Positions 61,201 through 64,000 of a stretch of 64,000 nt of DNA are shown here, one piece after another. This DNA comes from Nitrosopumilaceae archaeon. GTDB lineage: Archaea > Thermoproteota > Nitrososphaeria > Nitrososphaerales > Nitrosopumilaceae. Location of the stretch: contig CBDCCK010000002.1 in the NCBI GenBank assembly GCA_965214835.1, positions 1,888,001-1,952,000 on the forward strand, read 5' to 3'. Both the position numbers and the translations under genes were made by a program. Under the pieces are notes generated by a model. That model had not been told where the DNA came from. It made no database searches and saw only the letters and a list, made by a program, of their open reading frames with translations. The stretch's first letter is position 1; each line of letters opens with the position of its first letter.

Positions 61201-64000
61201 AGAGAGACAAGGCAGAGCTGGGCACCCAGGTAGATGAGCTGGAGAGAGACAAGGCAGAGCTGGGCAGGCACATCCTGGCCGAAAAAGTCAGGCGATATTC
61301 GGAGACGGTCAAACTCGACGATCCCAAGCTGAGCTCAAGGATAATCTGTAACGAGTACCCCGTCGAGCCTGATGAAGATCTGAGAGATCACATGCAGATC
61401 GGATCGGCGAAAATCCTCACACTTCCAAGAAATCCGAAGGTCAGCATCATCATTCCCACCCTCAACCAAACCGACTATCTCAGAAAAAACCTGAAATCCA
61501 TAGAGTCAAAGACGACATACAAAAACTATGAGATCATTATTGTCACAAACAACAAAGATGAAGATTCGGAGATGCGGCGATATCTTGACGGGGTCAGGTA
61601 CAAGGTTCTGATTTATGACGACAAGTACTCGTTTGCAAAAATCAACAACTATGCATCCAAGAGCGCCCGGGGCGAATACCTGCTTTTTCTAAACGACGAC
61701 ATGGAGGTGGCCTCACCGAACTGGCTGGAGGCGATGCTGAAGCTGGCCCTGGATAAGAAGACGGGCGCCGTAGGGGGCAAGCTGCTGTCTACCGACGGAA
61801 CCCTGCAGGAGGCAGGATGCATCGTCTGGGGGAACGGAAGCGTATGGAACTACGGGAGAGGCGACGACCCGGACAAGGCCGAGTATAACTTTGTCAGGGA
61901 GGTCGACTATTGCTCAGGAGCCTGCCTGATGATCCGGCGGGAGATCTTCGAGGAGAGTGGGGGGTTTGATGCCGGATACGAGATTGCCTACTGGGAGGAC
62001 AGTGACCTTTGCCAGGCCATCAGGCAAAGAGGATACAGTATCCTGTACCAGCCCATGGCCTGCCTCGTCCACCACGAAGGCAGAACCCAGGGCACCGACA
62101 CCTCGACTGGAATAAAATCATTCCAGGTCACAAACAAAGAAAGATACATGAAAAAATGGGGCGGGGTCATACAAGGCAGGCATCCGGACTCGCCAAAGAA
62201 CGTATTCTTTGAAAGAAACCGCAAGGCAGGCCTCAACATACTCTACATAGACCAGTACGTCCCAGAATACGACCGCGACGCGGGCTCGCTGACTGCGTAC
62301 TATGTGGTCTCAATTCTGGCATCCATGAACCACAACGTCACATTCTGGCCGGACAACCTGGTCAGGACAGAGCCGCATACTACGGAGCTGCAGCAGAAGG
62401 GAATCGAGGCAGTCTACGGAAACCGCGACTTTGAGGAGTTCTTGAAGGGACGCCGGGAGACCTTTCACGTCTGCTTTACCTCAAGGCCTCACATCACCGC
62501 AAGATATTTTGACCATCTCAAAAGATACGCGCCAGGATGCAAGATAATCTACGACACCACGGATCTTCACTTTGTCCGCGAGTACAGGATGGCCGTACTG
62601 TCCAAAGACCAGTCCAAGATAGCTGCGGCAAGCAGGAACAGCGAAGGCGAGCTGTCTCTTATCGGCATGTCAGACGTGGTCATTGTCAAGAGCCTCAAGG
62701 AGGCAAGATTCCTGCTAAACGAGGATCCCGACCTGTCAGTCGCCGTAATTCCGCCGATGCAGATTCCACTAGAGAACCCCGTACCGTTTGAAAAACGAAG
62801 GGATTTCCTGTTTTTGGGTGGATTTGCGCACCTGCCAAATGTAGATGCTCTTGAATTCCTGATAAACCGCATATTCCCGAAGATCAGAGAGCGCCTGCCC
62901 GATGCCAGACTGTACGTGACAGGAAGTAATGCGTCCAAAAAGGTCAGGGATCTGTGCACCGGTGCCGAGAGCGTTGCCTTTCTCGGATACATACAGGACA
63001 TAGAGGGATACCTTGACCGCTGCAGGATCATGCTGGCGCCTCTGACGTATGGGGCAGGGGTGAAGGGAAAGATCACCGATAGCTTTGCGCGTGGGCTGCC
63101 CGTCGTTACGACGTCGGTGGGGGCAGAGGGGATCTCACCGGACGACGGCAAGATCCTGTTGATCGAGGACGACCCTGCCGGATTTGCAGACAGGGCAATC
63201 TCCGCATACACGAACGAATCCTTGTGGAATACACTCTCGAAAAACTCCCTTGCCTTTGCCAACACCCATTATTCACCGGAACTTGGTCGCGATACCCTGA
63301 CGCAGATACTGGCAAAAGAAGCCAACGGCGCTCTCCCCCCCCCCTCCACCTTTACCAAAAAAGACATCATATGCTTTCCGATAATAGACTGGGGATTCAG
63401 ATACCAGCGCTCACAGCACATTATGAGTAAGTTTGCCGAGGCAGGACACCGGGTCTTCTACCTCACAGTAGATCTGGAATGCCTCAAGACCCCGTACGAG
63501 ATAACAGAGATCAAGAAGGATGTCTACGAGTTAAAGCTGCGTTCGCCGACCCCGTTCAACATATACAGGGAAGAGTTCAATGCGGAGCTGGTCGACGGGG
63601 TAATGGAGTCATTCCTCCATGCAAAGGATGTCCTGAACATAGACGGCATAGCGTTTGTCCAGTACCCCACATGGTTTATGTTGGTACGACAGCTGCAGAA
63701 AAAGCACGGCATGGGGGTCGTCTTTGACATACTTGACGAATTCATGGGGTTTGACAACGTCCCAAAGGCACGGATCAGAGAGGAAAAAGACCTGATCGAG
63801 TGCAGTGACATGGTCACCGCCTCATCATCATACCTGATGAAAAAGACCAAGAGATCCAGCACGGTCATCGTGCCCAACGCCTGCGAATACGAGCATTTCG
63901 CACAAAGCGACACACATTTGCTGTCAGATCACACAAAGCCCATAATAGGGTATTTCGGCGCCATTGCGAGCTGGCTTGACGTGTCGCTGATAGAATATGC
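58218..64000 (+). CDS. Giant multidomain glycosyltransferase (>1927 aa, runs off the window): GT2-GT2-TPR-coiled coil-amphipathic segment-coiled coil-GT2-GT4-GT4
   Basis: ATG AGC ACA CCG at 58218; frame checked at 60051, through both repeat arrays and at 63300-63440 (DIICFPIIDWGFRYQRSQHI); absent from the ORF track, consistent with no stop in the window. Confidence 0.9.
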   Translation, partial: MSTPPACDIIIIVTRNDLDGTKRCLESIEKNRGAISYRYIFVDNGSTDGTIQYLKRFDGSALIRNKRDAGFVRAMNQGLERVRAEYAVWLDSGVIVTPGWLDTLVGHLERNPDAGAVGPMSNTAGVMQRDYSCGVGAEPAEIAEYGRDFHARHEGLTAEYHRIGGFCMVVRSELAAGIGPLDEGFNFGPLYDDDYCRRVREAGGAVLVARDVFVYRTDGEAPPSAGDPDSSPPFVDQKNRDYFLRKWVPQGGGRTANQPSGTPLVSVIMATQDRESTIPLAIKSVLSQTYENFELIIVNDGGRDIKGIIDGFGDPRIKYIRLEEHRGKSYANNYAIDRAGGELIAYLDDDDRLYPDHLEVTVGELVRFESRMLVYADYVKTYCKTDQNGVQVPIRKELEILENAAYDPLDQSNFIPNFAVVHKRELFDAERYDEELEVFEDWDILRRFSKHAYFVHIPKATGEYWINTQDSTRNFSRFMDKNRDVVASYIRTKYTTTKSRTLLDLFSADRLAKSSEWSDALVAYRSILQTDPEYIPALEGCARCLYNLRRYSDCSKVLDRVLGHDRYNYEMYMLQGNALANTGDYGGARTWMELALVVGHDAGALRMLQDCYENLQGQDSGEFIGLQAREMLDVEATAVDQQTPESELADRYEKLQAEVDEKNARALHLDEEIGTKGERLQELQAEVDEKNARALHLDEEIGTKGERLQELQAEVDEKNARALHLDEEIGTKGERLQELQAEVDEKNARALHLDEEIGTKGERLQELQAEVDEKNARALHLDEEIGTKGKSKSNLQMRLDSARKTLERKESQIADLRRQLHAQHNESEEIRQSILFKTATSLAKKLDRSFPQNTRRGEILRLSKASLDIIQNDGYVALLRAIREKRRGRAGSDAKDTVIVSEKTKQHLDEASAADSAGTQIDELERDKAELGTQVDELERDKAELGTQVDELERDKAELGTQVDELERDKAELGTQVDELERDKAELGTQVDELERDKAELGTQVDELERDKAELGRHILAEKVRRYSETVKLDDPKLSSRIICNEYPVEPDEDLRDHMQIGSAKILTLPRNPKVSIIIPTLNQTDYLRKNLKSIESKTTYKNYEIIIVTNNKDEDSEMRRYLDGVRYKVLIYDDKYSFAKINNYASKSARGEYLLFLNDDMEVASPNWLEAMLKLALDKKTGAVGGKLLSTDGTLQEAGCIVWGNGSVWNYGRGDDPDKAEYNFVREVDYCSGACLMIRREIFEESGGFDAGYEIAYWEDSDLCQAIRQRGYSILYQPMACLVHHEGRTQGTDTSTGIKSFQVTNKERYMKKWGGVIQGRHPDSPKNVFFERNRKAGLNILYIDQYVPEYDRDAGSLTAYYVVSILASMNHNVTFWPDNLVRTEPHTTELQQKGIEAVYGNRDFEEFLKGRRETFHVCFTSRPHITARYFDHLKRYAPGCKIIYDTTDLHFVREYRMAVLSKDQSKIAAASRNSEGELSLIGMSDVVIVKSLKEARFLLNEDPDLSVAVIPPMQIPLENPVPFEKRRDFLFLGGFAHLPNVDALEFLINRIFPKIRERLPDARLYVTGSNASKKVRDLCTGAESVAFLGYIQDIEGYLDRCRIMLAPLTYGAGVKGKITDSFARGLPVVTTSVGAEGISPDDGKILLIEDDPAGFADRAISAYTNESLWNTLSKNSLAFANTHYSPELGRDTLTQILAKEANGALPPPSTFTKKDIICFPIIDWGFRYQRSQHIMSKFAEAGHRVFYLTVDLECLKTPYEITEIKKDVYELKLRSPTPFNIYREEFNAELVDGVMESFLHAKDVLNIDGIAFVQYPTWFMLVRQLQKKHGMGVVFDILDEFMGFDNVPKARIREEKDLIECSDMVTASSSYLMKKTKRSSTVIVPNACEYEHFAQSDTHLLSDHTKPIIGYFGAIASWLDVSLIEY
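60180..60583 (+). repeat. 84-bp coding tandem repeat x~5 (LQAEVDEKNARALHLDEEIGTKGERLQE)
   Basis: Units at 60180, 60264, 60348, 60432, 60516. Confidence 0.95.
60969..61262 (+). repeat. 42-bp coding tandem repeat x7 (GTQVDELERDKAEL)
   Basis: Direct inspection of the array. Confidence 0.95.

Overview
This is a surface-glycan and surface-protein island riddled with insertion sequences. It is probably archaeal, possibly a Nitrosopumilaceae/Cenarchaeum-like symbiont; that is inferred from ISH3/IS481-type remnants, GGAGGTGA RBSs, TATA boxes and large LVIVD-like repeat proteins. It holds three wzm/wzt ABC exporter pairs (one disrupted), a GDP-heptose/6-deoxyheptose gene set (hddA, gmhA, dmhA-like, gmhB), two methyltransferases, sulfotransferases and a GT12-like enzyme. 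Three paralogous giant modular glycosyltransferases have coiled coils encoded by perfect 84-bp and 42-bp tandem repeats of different copy number; one (58218..>64000) is missing from the ORF track because it runs off the window. Also present are two surface proteins ending in a 57-aa repeat that recurs inside a glycosyltransferase, a subtilase whose prodomain appears to be a separate gene, at least four MITE families and deeply nested IS elements. Four IS110 non-coding leaders have bridge-RNA-like structure, and in three of them the loop sequences match the element's own insertion junctions. All family assignments come from motif recognition by eye; no searches were run.
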